Below, in pieces: positions 37,401 to 46,990 of a stretch of 64,000 nt of DNA (within the stretch, counting starts at the first letter, position 1; every line of letters starts with the position of its first letter). Origin of the DNA: an uncultured Gammaproteobacteria bacterium. GTDB taxonomy: Bacteria > Patescibacteriota > Patescibacteriia > CAIXNZ01. A program made the position numbers and the translations under genes. The notes under the pieces are model-generated. The model made no database searches. It saw only the letters and a program-made list of their open reading frames with translations, and was not told where the DNA came from. The DNA lies in contig CAZPVP010000003.1 in NCBI GenBank assembly GCA_964590345.1, forward strand, positions 3,634-67,633, written 5' to 3'.

Positions 37401-37906
37401 ATCCTTTAAGCGTATGGAATGAGGCTTCTTATACTTCTGGCTCTGATACCGTTTATAACTTAATAAGTTTTATGTATCAGGCTGGTCAGTCATCATTTGG
37501 CAATTTAATCTGGGACAGTACAAATTCGCAGTTTGTTTTTGACCAAAGCATAAAAACCAATGGAGATTTAACTGCTGATTATATAAAAACAGTGGGGAGT
37601 GATACAAGCGATAATGAATTTTTAGCCCATGATGTTATCAGGCATACGCTTACTTCAACCGATATAACTAACAGGTATTTTACAGAAGCCTGGAGCAAGG
37701 CAACCACCAAAAAAGTTGTTAATATTCATACAGTTACTGTTGACGAAAGTGATGCCAATGATAAGCTGACTACAGATGATTGGACAAATTCTGGCGCAAC
37801 TGACAATGGTTCGGCTTATGACGGAACTAATATTACAATTACGGATCAAAACAATGCCTGGGAAGAAAACGATATTGTTACTATTTATATTGTTTATGAA
37901 AAATAA
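34430..37906 (+). CDS. Large surface protein with N-terminal TM, YQGK/R-type head domain and three LamG-like domains
   Basis: TYQGKITNADG...RFKIYD...LLWTE...TATPYS..TDKLDG; LamG motifs LELDGVDQYV, LKFDDDSDYI, LEFDGSDDYL with FTVSGWIK/TVEMWVK/FSIEFWVK. Confidence 0.78.
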   Translation: MFFKFKKLKKLIKFYYSKLGKPLKIFLVALVIGIQLALLISYCYSIYKNKIFAGEGIRDTLTYQGKITNADGVPPPDGQYNMRFKIYDQATNGTLLWTEIWDSTNQGVAGSKVTVTEGVFNVELNSLCGNWVGDCASNGGVTFAQDSFYLQVELDYDGNGTYEEIFTPRKRFTATPYSMNTDKLDGYDSGDFVLKSGSEMTGSLTAPQFIDSSLLAYYQFNGDADDSSANTLDGILQNSADVSNDVLELDGVDQYVSVSDDDLLSFGNGTVDSAFTVSGWIKMTDATNFNIISKGIYNTDGEYLFYIDNTDKIRIRLNDESVTDCYIGRLYDTALTDYEGSWINLAATYDGSGASSGLKIYLNGNQVDNANNESNYSSYVAMENLTSNLYIGKYASTYSKGKIDDLKLYNRELSADEIKRLFESEARSQLHSNKITTKDVYFEKNEEGETEGGYLTWDNINNRFKFSSELYSPNSLPYFNNSIGDRDYAYLADDNKVLAYDFHESVGATVSDLEGNSNGTLNGDADWTNLGYIGYGLKFDDDSDYISFADPGLSSTQGTVEMWVKLNDVTTSDTNYLLRMWSGASNEIAIYKQNAADLYVEAGDSSAIDTGWDFPDTSWHHIVLSWDSTAIDVYVDSVDLSLTDTYTSLDVSLFSNFYLGSDSAASTALNGIMDSVALYDDVLTATEIANHYNAAFNNLYLINNLNDGNISATLADFYSFSATVNGRREKKDPVYYNDDTRTLALGFSEGYGSSTASQVNSLSAGINGASWTRQGYYGYGLEFDGSDDYLLVEDNDYIDIDTEDFSIEFWVKGDDNISQSGNRILEKVSGSTGFRVYYTTDDRITFAIGDGTNSVAGSPSSGGDMSKGQWEHMILTFDRDGDATIYNDGNEVYSVDISSVTGSLSNDSDLYIGKDASGNLFKGKLDSIIIYKNQLLNSFDGYSRSTNSQEFFINNTRTASTGQAALGGINQSSGGWGGVFYIANTDNTSGYPLSVWNEASYTSGSDTVYNLISFMYQAGQSSFGNLIWDSTNSQFVFDQSIKTNGDLTADYIKTVGSDTSDNEFLAHDVIRHTLTSTDITNRYFTEAWSKATTKKVVNIHTVTVDESDANDKLTTDDWTNSGATDNGSAYDGTNITITDQNNAWEENDIVTIYIVYEK

Positions 37907-38020
37907 TGCTCTACGAATTACTAATATACACTGATATACGAATATTTAATAATTCCGAAAGCCGAATGCCGAAATATTTTATTTCAGCTTTCAGCGTTCA
38001 GACTTCATAATTCAAATATT

Positions 38021-38254
38021 ATGCGTAAAAAAGATAAACCGCAAATCAGCTGGCTGCAGGTAATTATCATTTTTATCCTGGGGATTTTAATTGCCACAAA
38101 TATTTTTTTGTATTTAAATTTGCAATCAGAAAAAGAGCAAATCAATAAATTGAGTTCTGAAATTGAAAAATTAAAGGCAGATGATTTGGCTATTGCTCAG
38201 GTAATAAACAACCTGATTACCCAGTTAAAATTAAATGTCAATAAATTGCCATAG
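38021..38254 (+). CDS. Small bitopic membrane coiled-coil protein
   Basis: One TM segment then a heptad-rich helix. Confidence 0.6.
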   Translation: MRKKDKPQISWLQVIIIFILGILIATNIFLYLNLQSEKEQINKLSSEIEKLKADDLAIAQVINNLITQLKLNVNKLP

Positions 38255-38285
38255 TTAAATTTGAATCTTGAGCCTTAATTTATTT

Positions 38286-38576
38286 ATGCAGCATATAAAA
38301 TCAATTTTAAATAAATATATACAAAAATCAGGGCTGTCAAAAGATATTGAGACAGCTCTTGTTATTAAAGAGTTTGAAAAATTGCTTGAAAAAGAATTTG
38401 GCACTAATATTGGCAAAAAAGCCAAGCCGCTTTATATTAAAAATAAAATTTTAACAGTCGCCTGCTTAAGTTCGGTAATGGTTCAGGAAATAAATTTTAA
38501 AAAAGATACATTAATTAATAAAATTAATCAAAATTTAAAAAAAGAAGCGCTTAAAGACATTAAATTTACGCTTTGA
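38286..38576 (+). CDS. DUF721/DciA-family protein
   Basis: IKSILNK...AKPLYIKNKILTVACLSSVMVQEI...IKF pattern; ATG 38286. Confidence 0.7.
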   Translation: MQHIKSILNKYIQKSGLSKDIETALVIKEFEKLLEKEFGTNIGKKAKPLYIKNKILTVACLSSVMVQEINFKKDTLINKINQNLKKEALKDIKFTL

Positions 38577-38736
38577 ATCAAGTTTGCCAAAATCAAATAA
38601 ATTTGCTAAAATTAAGTATAATACGAAATACGAATCTATACGAATATACGAATATCTTTAAAGTTTGAAGATCCTAGGCTAAGATTGCTAAGGTCAATAT
38701 TTAATATCTAATATCTAATATCTAATCTCTAATCCT

Positions 38737-39129
38737 ATGTCTTTACGCAGCTATATTTTTTTAATGCTTTTGTCAACTACTGCCTGTTATTTGGCTTTTT
38801 TCGCGGTCATTTATTTTTTTGATCCTTTTACGGGCGGATTTTGGGCTTTAGTATTTTTTGATATAAGTTTATTTTTATCATTAATGGGCACTTTCTCTAT
38901 TTTGGGATTATTGTTTCGATTATTGCTGGCCAAAGACAAATTGGTTTTTAAGCAGGTAATAACTTCTTTTCGCCAGGCCGTTTGGTTTGCTTTGTTAATA
39001 ATCATAAGTTTACACTTGAAAAACCTTGATTTACTGGCCTGGAAAAATATTATTTTATTAATTTTTGCTTTTGCTTTATTGGAGTTTTTTTTCATGAGTT
39101 ATAGAGCTAAGCCAAATTTAAAAATATGA
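38737..39129 (+). CDS. Four-TM membrane protein
   Basis: Four hydrophobic segments; DP and SFRQA motifs. Confidence 0.7.
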   Translation: MSLRSYIFLMLLSTTACYLAFFAVIYFFDPFTGGFWALVFFDISLFLSLMGTFSILGLLFRLLLAKDKLVFKQVITSFRQAVWFALLIIISLHLKNLDLLAWKNIILLIFAFALLEFFFMSYRAKPNLKI

Positions 39130-40385
39130 GACAATCATTTTTATTTACAAAAACCAGGCGAAAAGTCGGCGCAAAAGAAAAGAGCTTAAATGCTTCTTTA
39201 TTAATTAAGGCTGGATTTATTGACAAATTATCAGCCGGAGTATATACTTATTTGCCTTTGGGGTTGCGGGTTTTAAGAAAAATTGAAGACATTGTCAGGC
39301 AGGAAATGAATAATATCGGAGGCCAGGAAATTTTAATGCCGGCTATGACCTCAAAAGAGAATTGGGAATTGACCAAGCGCTGGGAAGGTTTTGATGCTTT
39401 GTTTAAATTTAAGGGATACGATGAGAAAGAATATGCTTTAGGAGCAACTCACGAAGAGGTGGTTACGCCTTTGCTTAAAAAATTTGTTTTTTCATATAAA
39501 GATTTGCCAAAGTATGTTTACCAAATCCAAACCAAATTTAGAAATGAGCCAAGAGCTAAAGCCGGTTTATTGCGAGGTCGCGAATTTTCAATGAAAGATT
39601 TGTATTCATTCCATGCCGATGAAAAAGATTTAGCCGACTATTACGAAAAAGTAATTGCCGCTTATTTTAAAATATTTGAAAGATTTGGCTTGAAAAAAAA
39701 CACATATTTAACTTATGCTTCAGGCGGAGCATTTTCAAAATATTCTCATGAATTCCAAACTTTATCTGAAAATGGCGAAGATGTTATTTATCTTTGTCCG
39801 GAATGCAATTTGGCTTATAATAAAGAAATTATTAATGAAATTAAAGAATGTCAGGAATGCCAAACGCCTAAAGCCAAATTTAAGGAAGTCAAAGCAATTG
39901 AAACCGGTAATATTTTTAAGCTTGGCAATCGTTTTTCAGCTGATTTTGACTTCAAATATATTGATGAAAAAGGACGGGAAAAAGACGTTATTATGGGTTG
40001 TTATGGCATTGGTCCCAGCCGGATTATGGGTACAATTGTTGAAGTTTATAATGATAAAAAAGGAATAATTTGGCCTTTTTCCGTTGCTCCTTATCAGCTT
40101 CACTTGGTATTTTTGGGACAGCATGAGCAACTTGCAAAAAAAGCCGACTTGTTATACAATGATTTAATCAAAGCTGGTTACGAGGTTTTGTATGATGATA
40201 GAAATGAATCAGCCGGCGTAAAGTTGAATGACGCTGATTTGATTGGTTTGCCATTTAGGATAGTTTTAAGCGAGAAAACATCAAAACAAGATAGTGTGGA
40301 GGTAAAAGCAAGAGATTTTGAAAAACCGGAATTAGTAAAAACTAAAAATTTAAATAATTATTTAAGTACAAATCTGAAATTATAG
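39126..40385 (+). CDS. proS: Proline--tRNA ligase, short form without editing insertion
   Basis: AGVYTYLPLG, GATHEE, KFRNEPRAKAGLLRGREFSMKD, MGCYGIG, YDDR. Confidence 0.94.
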   Translation: MRQSFLFTKTRRKVGAKEKSLNASLLIKAGFIDKLSAGVYTYLPLGLRVLRKIEDIVRQEMNNIGGQEILMPAMTSKENWELTKRWEGFDALFKFKGYDEKEYALGATHEEVVTPLLKKFVFSYKDLPKYVYQIQTKFRNEPRAKAGLLRGREFSMKDLYSFHADEKDLADYYEKVIAAYFKIFERFGLKKNTYLTYASGGAFSKYSHEFQTLSENGEDVIYLCPECNLAYNKEIINEIKECQECQTPKAKFKEVKAIETGNIFKLGNRFSADFDFKYIDEKGREKDVIMGCYGIGPSRIMGTIVEVYNDKKGIIWPFSVAPYQLHLVFLGQHEQLAKKADLLYNDLIKAGYEVLYDDRNESAGVKLNDADLIGLPFRIVLSEKTSKQDSVEVKARDFEKPELVKTKNLNNYLSTNLKL

Positions 40386-40443
40386 AATTGTGAAAATAGC
40401 GGATTTGTATTAGCATTTAAATTTCTAAATTAGCATTACCACA

Positions 40444-41496
40444 ATGATTTTTGACCGAATATTAGGCAGATTTTCCAAAGATATTGGCATTGACCTGGGC
40501 ACTGCCAATACTTTAGTTTATGTTAAAGATAGAGGCATTGTTATAAATGACCCCTCTGTTGTGGCTATTAATACTAAAACTGATCAAATTTTGGCGGTTG
40601 GCGCTGATGCCAGAAAAATGGTAGGAAAAACGCCGGGCCACATTACAGCGATCAGGCCATTGGTTGATGGTGTGATTTCTGATTTTGAAGTGACAGAGAA
40701 AATGCTGAAATATTTTATTGATAAGATACATAAAGATGGTTTTAATCTTTTACCGCGGCCGCGTGTAGTAATCGGCATACCTTTGGATGTGACAGAAGTA
40801 GAAAGAAAAGCTGTTGAGGACGCTGCTTTGTCAGCTGGAGCCAGAGAAGTCTATTTAGTGGAAGAGTCAATGGCAGCAGCAATCGGCTGCCGTTTGCCAA
40901 TTGAGGAAGCAGTTGGTAATATGGTCGTGGACATTGGTGGCGGTACAAGTGAAATTTCGGTTATCTCTTTGGGGGGTATTGTTACTTGGAAAACCATTAA
41001 AGTAGCTGGTGATGAGATGAACAAAAATATTATTCAATATGCCCGAGCTAAATTTAATTTGCTTTTAGGCGAAAAAGTGGCAGAGGAAATTAAAATAAAA
41101 ATCGGTTCAGCAACTGAATTAAAGCAGCCATTGGAAGCTCAGATGCGGGGACGTGATTTGGTAACAGGCTTGCCCAAAGAGATAATTGTTAATGACGAGC
41201 AGATCAGAGAAGCATTGACTAAATCAGTCAGGGGCATAGTTGATAATATTAAGGCGACCTTGGAAGTAACGCCACCAGAGTTAGTTGCTGACATTTATGA
41301 AAGAGGCATCCTGTTGACCGGGGGCGGTGCGCTGTTAAAAGGACTGGATAAGGCTATCTCTCGCGCTACTCAGATACCAATTGCTGTTGCTGATGATCCG
41401 CTTACAGCAGTTGTTAGAGGCACCGGTTATTTATTGGATGATCTCGATTTATTGAAAAAAATCACTTCATCAACTCAGTCTGAAGAAAGTTTATAA
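40444..41496 (+). CDS. mreB: Rod shape-determining protein MreB
   Basis: GIDLGTANT, RPLVDGVISDF, VDIGGGT, LTGGGALL. Confidence 0.96.
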   Translation: MIFDRILGRFSKDIGIDLGTANTLVYVKDRGIVINDPSVVAINTKTDQILAVGADARKMVGKTPGHITAIRPLVDGVISDFEVTEKMLKYFIDKIHKDGFNLLPRPRVVIGIPLDVTEVERKAVEDAALSAGAREVYLVEESMAAAIGCRLPIEEAVGNMVVDIGGGTSEISVISLGGIVTWKTIKVAGDEMNKNIIQYARAKFNLLLGEKVAEEIKIKIGSATELKQPLEAQMRGRDLVTGLPKEIIVNDEQIREALTKSVRGIVDNIKATLEVTPPELVADIYERGILLTGGGALLKGLDKAISRATQIPIAVADDPLTAVVRGTGYLLDDLDLLKKITSSTQSEESL

Positions 41497-41498
41497 TT

Positions 41499-42317
41499 AT
41501 GATAGAAAAAAAGAAAAGTCGCATAACTAGATTTGTTATTTTAGCAGTTATTACACTGCTTATTTTTTTCTATTACTTAGGCTTTTTAGCAAAGGCTGAA
41601 GATAGTTTTTTGAATAGCCTTTCTTTTGTTCAAAACAAAGTTTACACTTTTTTGACTAAATTAAAATATTCTTTTGTTAATTATCAGGAAGCCCAGGCTT
41701 TAAAAAAGGAAAACATTGAGTTGGAGCACCAGCTTAACCAGTTGCTTTATGAACGCAGTGAATTGATTTCATATAAAGATGAAAATGAAAAATTAAGAAA
41801 ACTTTTAAATTTTTTTAAAGAAAAGGACTTTGATTATGTTTTAGCAAAAGTTGTCGGTAGGGATTTAAATAGACCGAATACTTTAATTATTAATAAAGGT
41901 AAGCGAGACGGGGTTAAAGAAGGCTATGCCGTAGTTGTTGACGAGGGTGTTATTATTGGTAAAGTAATTGAAGCAAAAGATAATATTTCTACGATTTTAT
42001 TTTTGACTGATCAATTAAGTCAGCTAGCAGTAAGTACACTTGAGACGCACACGACAACTGGTTTAGCTCAAGGAGAATTTGGTTTAAGTATTAAGGTTGA
42101 ATTAATTCCTCAGGATATTGAAATTAAGCAAAATGATTTAATTGTTACTTCCGGTTTGGAGCAAGATATCCCCAGAGGTTTTATTATTGGCAAGGTTAAT
42201 CGAATTACTAGCCATGAAAATGATTTATTTAAGTCAGTTACTATCAATCCGTTGGTTGATTATGATGAAATAACCGTGTTAAGTATTATAAAACCTAAAG
42301 ATTATAACAATGATTAA
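41499..42317 (+). CDS. mreC: Rod shape-determining protein MreC
   Basis: TM, coiled coil ENEKLRKLL, INKG..DGV, VTSG..P.G..IG; operon context. Confidence 0.9.
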   Translation: MIEKKKSRITRFVILAVITLLIFFYYLGFLAKAEDSFLNSLSFVQNKVYTFLTKLKYSFVNYQEAQALKKENIELEHQLNQLLYERSELISYKDENEKLRKLLNFFKEKDFDYVLAKVVGRDLNRPNTLIINKGKRDGVKEGYAVVVDEGVIIGKVIEAKDNISTILFLTDQLSQLAVSTLETHTTTGLAQGEFGLSIKVELIPQDIEIKQNDLIVTSGLEQDIPRGFIIGKVNRITSHENDLFKSVTINPLVDYDEITVLSIIKPKDYNND

Positions 42318-42834
42318 ATATTTTTATTATTTATTAATTTCTTTGGTTTTAGTTTTGTTTCAGCAAAGCGTTTTAGGCTCATTTGGCGCTTTGGTTAATC
42401 TTAATTTTTTATTGGTTTTTTTTGTTTTTTTAACTATAGTTTTTGGTTTTAATTTAGGATTCGCTTTTGCTGTTTTTATCGGTTTTTTCTTGGACATTTA
42501 TTTTTATTTGCCTTTTGGCACATTTATTATTATTTATTTATTAATTTTGACGGTTGTTAATGCTTTATATAAGCATGTACTGATTAATTTTTCTTTATAT
42601 ACTAATTTAATTTTAATTAGTCTAGCGACCATATTATACGGCTTATTGCTTGTTTTATTTAATTTTGTATTTTATTTGTTGGGTTTGGTTAAAATTTACA
42701 TTGTTTTTGATTTAATTTATATATTTAATTTAATTTGGCAGATATTTTTCAATTCAATTTTGATGATTTTATTTTATTTTGTTGCCAAAGTTACTATTAA
42801 AAAATTAAATTTAGTCTTTTTGTTTAAAAAATGA
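42310..42834 (+). CDS. mreD: Rod shape-determining protein MreD
   Basis: Very hydrophobic, G.FLD motif, between mreC and mrdA. Confidence 0.75.
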   Translation: MIKYFYYLLISLVLVLFQQSVLGSFGALVNLNFLLVFFVFLTIVFGFNLGFAFAVFIGFFLDIYFYLPFGTFIIIYLLILTVVNALYKHVLINFSLYTNLILISLATILYGLLLVLFNFVFYLLGLVKIYIVFDLIYIFNLIWQIFFNSILMILFYFVAKVTIKKLNLVFLFKK

Positions 42835-44762
42835 AACTGCTTCAAATTAAAAGAAATTATAAAAAAGCACAAGAAATTGATGAGGATTTTTTTTGTGAAG
42901 ATAACTTCAATGGTACAGATACCGATTGTCTAGATGAAAATAAATTTTTAGGCAAACATTTATCAGAAAAAAAAATAAATGTTTTTCTTTTTTTAATTTT
43001 AGCAGGGCTTTTAATTTTGTTAGGCCGCTCTTTTTATTTGCAGATAGTTAAGGGTGAATATTATAGCCAATTAGCTGAAATAAACCGAACTAGAGAAAAG
43101 CCAATTATTGCTCCGCGAGGTTTAATTTATGATAAAAATAATCAGCCTTTGGTTAAAAATGTTCCTATTTTTGATGCTTTTATCATGCCTCGAGATTTGT
43201 CTTTAGACAAGCAAAAAAGAGAGAAGCAACTCAAATCAATTGCTGAAATTATTAATAAGTCTGAAAATGAGATTAAAAATATTTTGGAAAAATATCCCGA
43301 TAACTTTAAATACTTTTTGGCTGTCAGGGAAAAAATACCTTATGATGAAGCTGTTTTATTAAAAATCGAGGCTAAACAAATACCAGGTTTGTATATTGAA
43401 ACTAGAAATCAGCGGGAGTATCTTTATCCTTTTGAATTTTCTCATCTTTTAGGTTATTTAGGGAAAATTACCGAAAAGGAATTAGCTAAAAAAAAAGATT
43501 CAGACTACTTGTTAAACGATTATATTGGTAAAATTGGTTTGGAATTAACTTATGAAAGCGAGTTGCGAGGCAAGTATGGCAAAGAAAGGTTAGAGGTGGA
43601 TGTTAGAGGTCAGGAAAAGCAAGTAATTTATTATGAAGAAGCAAAAAGCGGGAAAAATTTAACCTTGACTATTGATAAAGATGTTCAGCGGCAGGTTAAA
43701 CAAATTCTAGAGAAAAATTTAGAAAAATATAATAAAAGCCGAGCCAGTGTGGTGATGATAAATCCGCAGAATGGTGAAATTATTGCCTTGGTTAGCTTGC
43801 CGGATTTTAATAATAATTTATTTGCTAAGGGAATCGCCAGTCGAGATTATCAGCAGTTAATTGAAAATGAAGATAATCCTTTATTTAACCGCACCATTAA
43901 AGGTGAGTATCCGTCTGGTTCAGTAATTAAGCCAGTTGTGGCAGCTGGTGCACTAGAAGAGGATATTATTACTGATAAAACGACTTTTTTAAGTAAAGGT
44001 GGTTTATGGCTTTATGACCGGTGGTTTTTCCCTGATTGGGCTGCTGGTGGCCATGGTTTGACCAATGTTTATAAGGCAATTGCTTGGTCAGTCAATACTT
44101 ATTTTTATATTATTGGCGGGGGATATGAAGATTTTGAAGGCCTAGGCATTGATGGTTTGAAAAAATACATGAAACTTTTTGGCTTAGGCAAAAAGACTGC
44201 TATTGATTTGCCTAGTGAGGCAGATGGTTTAGTACCTGATCCGGCTTGGAAAATGAAAAACAAAAATGAAGAATGGTATATTGGTGATACTTATCATTTG
44301 GCAATCGGACAGGGCGATATCCTGGTAACGCCTTTGCAAGTGGCAAATTATACAACGGTTTTTGCCAATAGCGGTAAGCTTTATCAGCCCCATTTGGTTA
44401 AGGAAGTTTTTACCAATCAAGGAGAAAGAGAATCGGTTAACCCCGAAATGATTAGGGATAATTTTATTGACATGGAAAATATCAATATTGTTAAGAAAGC
44501 AATGAGGCAGACGGTTACTTCGGGCAGTGCTCAGTATTTAAATAATTTAAATGTGTCAGTAAGCGGCAAAACCGGAACAGCGCAATGGCGTAAAGATAAA
44601 GATAATCACGCTTGGTTTACTGGTTTTGCGCCTTATGATAATCCGCAAGTTGTTATCACAGTTTTGGTTGAAGAAGGGGGAGAGGGGAGTCAGGTCAGTG
44701 TGCCAATTACTTATGATATTTTAAATTGGTATTTTAATGAATACTCACGAAATTACGAATAA
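42831..44762 (+). CDS. mrdA: Penicillin-binding protein 2
   Basis: APRGLIYD, SxxK (SVIK), SxN (SVN), KTG (GKTGTAQ), HAWF. Confidence 0.93.
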   Translation: MKLLQIKRNYKKAQEIDEDFFCEDNFNGTDTDCLDENKFLGKHLSEKKINVFLFLILAGLLILLGRSFYLQIVKGEYYSQLAEINRTREKPIIAPRGLIYDKNNQPLVKNVPIFDAFIMPRDLSLDKQKREKQLKSIAEIINKSENEIKNILEKYPDNFKYFLAVREKIPYDEAVLLKIEAKQIPGLYIETRNQREYLYPFEFSHLLGYLGKITEKELAKKKDSDYLLNDYIGKIGLELTYESELRGKYGKERLEVDVRGQEKQVIYYEEAKSGKNLTLTIDKDVQRQVKQILEKNLEKYNKSRASVVMINPQNGEIIALVSLPDFNNNLFAKGIASRDYQQLIENEDNPLFNRTIKGEYPSGSVIKPVVAAGALEEDIITDKTTFLSKGGLWLYDRWFFPDWAAGGHGLTNVYKAIAWSVNTYFYIIGGGYEDFEGLGIDGLKKYMKLFGLGKKTAIDLPSEADGLVPDPAWKMKNKNEEWYIGDTYHLAIGQGDILVTPLQVANYTTVFANSGKLYQPHLVKEVFTNQGERESVNPEMIRDNFIDMENINIVKKAMRQTVTSGSAQYLNNLNVSVSGKTGTAQWRKDKDNHAWFTGFAPYDNPQVVITVLVEEGGEGSQVSVPITYDILNWYFNEYSRNYE

Positions 44763-44832
44763 GGTACGAATATACGAATTGTTGCGATATTTTAATATTT
44801 TTATATTAGTATAAGATTTGTATTTCGTAGTA

Positions 44833-44851
44833 TGTGGATAAAGACTTGACG
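44833..44851 (+). promoter_or_regulatory. DnaA box next to a -35-like hexamer upstream of greA
   Basis: TGTGGATAA (44833-44841) then TTGACG. Confidence 0.4.
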
Positions 44852-44928
44852 AGATTTTTAAGCTTTGTTATTTTATATATTATATATGTTAAAATAATAA
44901 AATTTAAACAAGTATTAACATATAATTT

Positions 44929-45393
44929 ATGAGTGATGAAAAATATTTAACTAAAGAAGGTTTAGAAAAAATAAAGCAAGAATTAGAATATTTAAAAAAT
45001 GTTAAAAGAAAAGAAATTAGTCATAGGATCGAAGAAGCAATAAAATTAGGCGATTTATCTGAAAATGCTGAATACCACGAAGCCAAAGATGATCAGGGTC
45101 TGAATGAAGCCCGAATAAGAGAATTGGAAGAGATTATCAATAAGGCTGTTATTATCAAAAATGATAAAAGCAACAAAAAATGCGTTGAAGTTGGCGGTAC
45201 GATTGAAGTAAAATTTAATGGCAATAAAAAGGAATTTACTATTGTCGGACCTTCTGAAGCAGAGCCAAGCCATGGCCTTATTTCTAATGAATCACCGATT
45301 GGCAAAGCTTTTATTGGCAAAAAGCCTGGTGATGAAGTTGATGTAGAAACACCGGCTGGGGTTGTTAAATATAAAATTTTAAAGATATCGTAA
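44929..45393 (+). CDS. greA: Transcription elongation factor GreA
   Basis: LTKEG, GDLSENAEYHEAK, ISNESPIGKA. Confidence 0.96.
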   Translation: MSDEKYLTKEGLEKIKQELEYLKNVKRKEISHRIEEAIKLGDLSENAEYHEAKDDQGLNEARIRELEEIINKAVIIKNDKSNKKCVEVGGTIEVKFNGNKKEFTIVGPSEAEPSHGLISNESPIGKAFIGKKPGDEVDVETPAGVVKYKILKIS

Positions 45394-45409
45394 TTTTTGC
45401 AACAGTTTT

Positions 45410-45440
45410 AAAAGTCCGTGTTTTGTAAACACGGGCTTTT
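45410..45440 (+). terminator. Intrinsic terminator after greA
   Basis: AAAAGTCCGTGTTT-tgt-AAACACGGGCTTTT. Confidence 0.7.
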
Positions 45441-45546
45441 GACTTATTGGCCTAATTTAGGTAAAATATAATAAAAGGCATTAGTAATTGGGCATTGGCC
45501 ATTCATTTTAAATTTTATTTTTAATAATATTTAATTTTTTTATAAC

Positions 45547-46986
45547 ATGCCAACTGATGAGAAAAAAAATCGTTTAGCTAAGTTAGAAAAAATCAAAGAA
45601 GAGGGTATAAATCCTTATCCGCCAAAATTTGATAAAAAAAATTTACTTAAGCAAGCTCTTGAAGCAAAAACAGGCACAAAAGTAAAAACAGCCGGCCGTT
45701 TAATGACCAAGAGGGAAATGGGTAAGATTTGTTTTGCCCATTTAATGGATGAATCGGCAAAAATGCAGATTGTTTTGCAGCAAGACAAGATAGGAAAAGA
45801 AGAATTTAAATTTTTTTCTAAAAATATTGATATAGGCGATTTTATTGGACTTGAAGGGGATGTTTTTAAAACTAAAAAAGGTGAAATATCAATTTTAGTT
45901 AAAAAATATAAACTGTTGGCCAAAGCGCTTTTGCCTTTGCCGGAAAAATGGCATGGTTTGGCTGATGAAGAATTAAGATTAAGAAAAAGATATTTGGATT
46001 TTATAACCCATCCAAAATTAAAAGAAATGTTTTATCGCAAGGCTACGTTTTGGCAGTCAACCAGAAATTTTTTGAAAAAAGCCGGATTTTTAGAAGTGGA
46101 AACTCCTGTTTTGGAAACGACTACTGGCGGTGCTGATGCTCAGCCTTTTGTAACTCATCATAATGCCTTGGATATTGATTTATATTTAAGAATTTCTATG
46201 GGGGAACTATGGCAAAAAAGATTAATGGTGGCTGGTTTTGAAAAGACTTTTGAGATTGGCCGGCAGTTTAGGAATGAAGGTTTAAGCAGAGAACACTTGC
46301 AAGATTATTCACAGATGGAATGTTATTGGGCTTATGCCGATTACAATGAAATGATGAGTTTTGTAGAAAAAATGTATAAATATATTATTAAGGAAACTTA
46401 TGGCAAATTAAGATTTAAAATCGGCGGGTTTGCTGTTGATCTTACAAAAAAATGGCAAAAGATTGATTATGTGGAAATAATTAAAAAAGAACTTAAAATT
46501 GATGTCACAGTAGCTTCTAAAGAAGAAATAATTAAAAAATTAAACGCACTTAAAGCTGATTTTGATTCAAAAGCAGTTAAAGCTCGCTTAATTGATATTT
46601 TATGGAAACAATTAAGAAAAAAGATTGCCGGACCCGCGTTTTTAATAAATCATCCGGTTGAAGTTTCGCCTTTAGCCAAGAGAGATCCGGATGATCCGGA
46701 CAAAGTTCAGCGTTTTCAAATTATTTTAGCTGGTTCGGAAATGGGCAATGGCTATTCTGAATTGAATGATCCGATTGATCAGGAAAAAAGATTTAAAGAG
46801 CAAGCAAAAATGCGCGACGCAGGCGATTTGGAGGCGCAAATGTATGATAAGGAATTTATTGAGGCTTTAGAGTACGGTATGCCGCCCACAGCTGGTTTTG
46901 GCTTCTCAGAACGCTTGTTTTCGTTTTTAGAAAATAAAACCATGCGCGAATGCCAATTTTTTCCTTTAATGAGGCCAGAGAAATAA
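45547..46986 (+). CDS. lysS: Lysine--tRNA ligase (class II)
   Basis: LPEKWHGL, GGADAQPFVTH, FRNEG, YSELNDP, YGMPPTAGFG, FPLMRP. Confidence 0.96.
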   Translation: MPTDEKKNRLAKLEKIKEEGINPYPPKFDKKNLLKQALEAKTGTKVKTAGRLMTKREMGKICFAHLMDESAKMQIVLQQDKIGKEEFKFFSKNIDIGDFIGLEGDVFKTKKGEISILVKKYKLLAKALLPLPEKWHGLADEELRLRKRYLDFITHPKLKEMFYRKATFWQSTRNFLKKAGFLEVETPVLETTTGGADAQPFVTHHNALDIDLYLRISMGELWQKRLMVAGFEKTFEIGRQFRNEGLSREHLQDYSQMECYWAYADYNEMMSFVEKMYKYIIKETYGKLRFKIGGFAVDLTKKWQKIDYVEIIKKELKIDVTVASKEEIIKKLNALKADFDSKAVKARLIDILWKQLRKKIAGPAFLINHPVEVSPLAKRDPDDPDKVQRFQIILAGSEMGNGYSELNDPIDQEKRFKEQAKMRDAGDLEAQMYDKEFIEALEYGMPPTAGFGFSERLFSFLENKTMRECQFFPLMRPEK

Positions 46987-46990
46987 ATTT

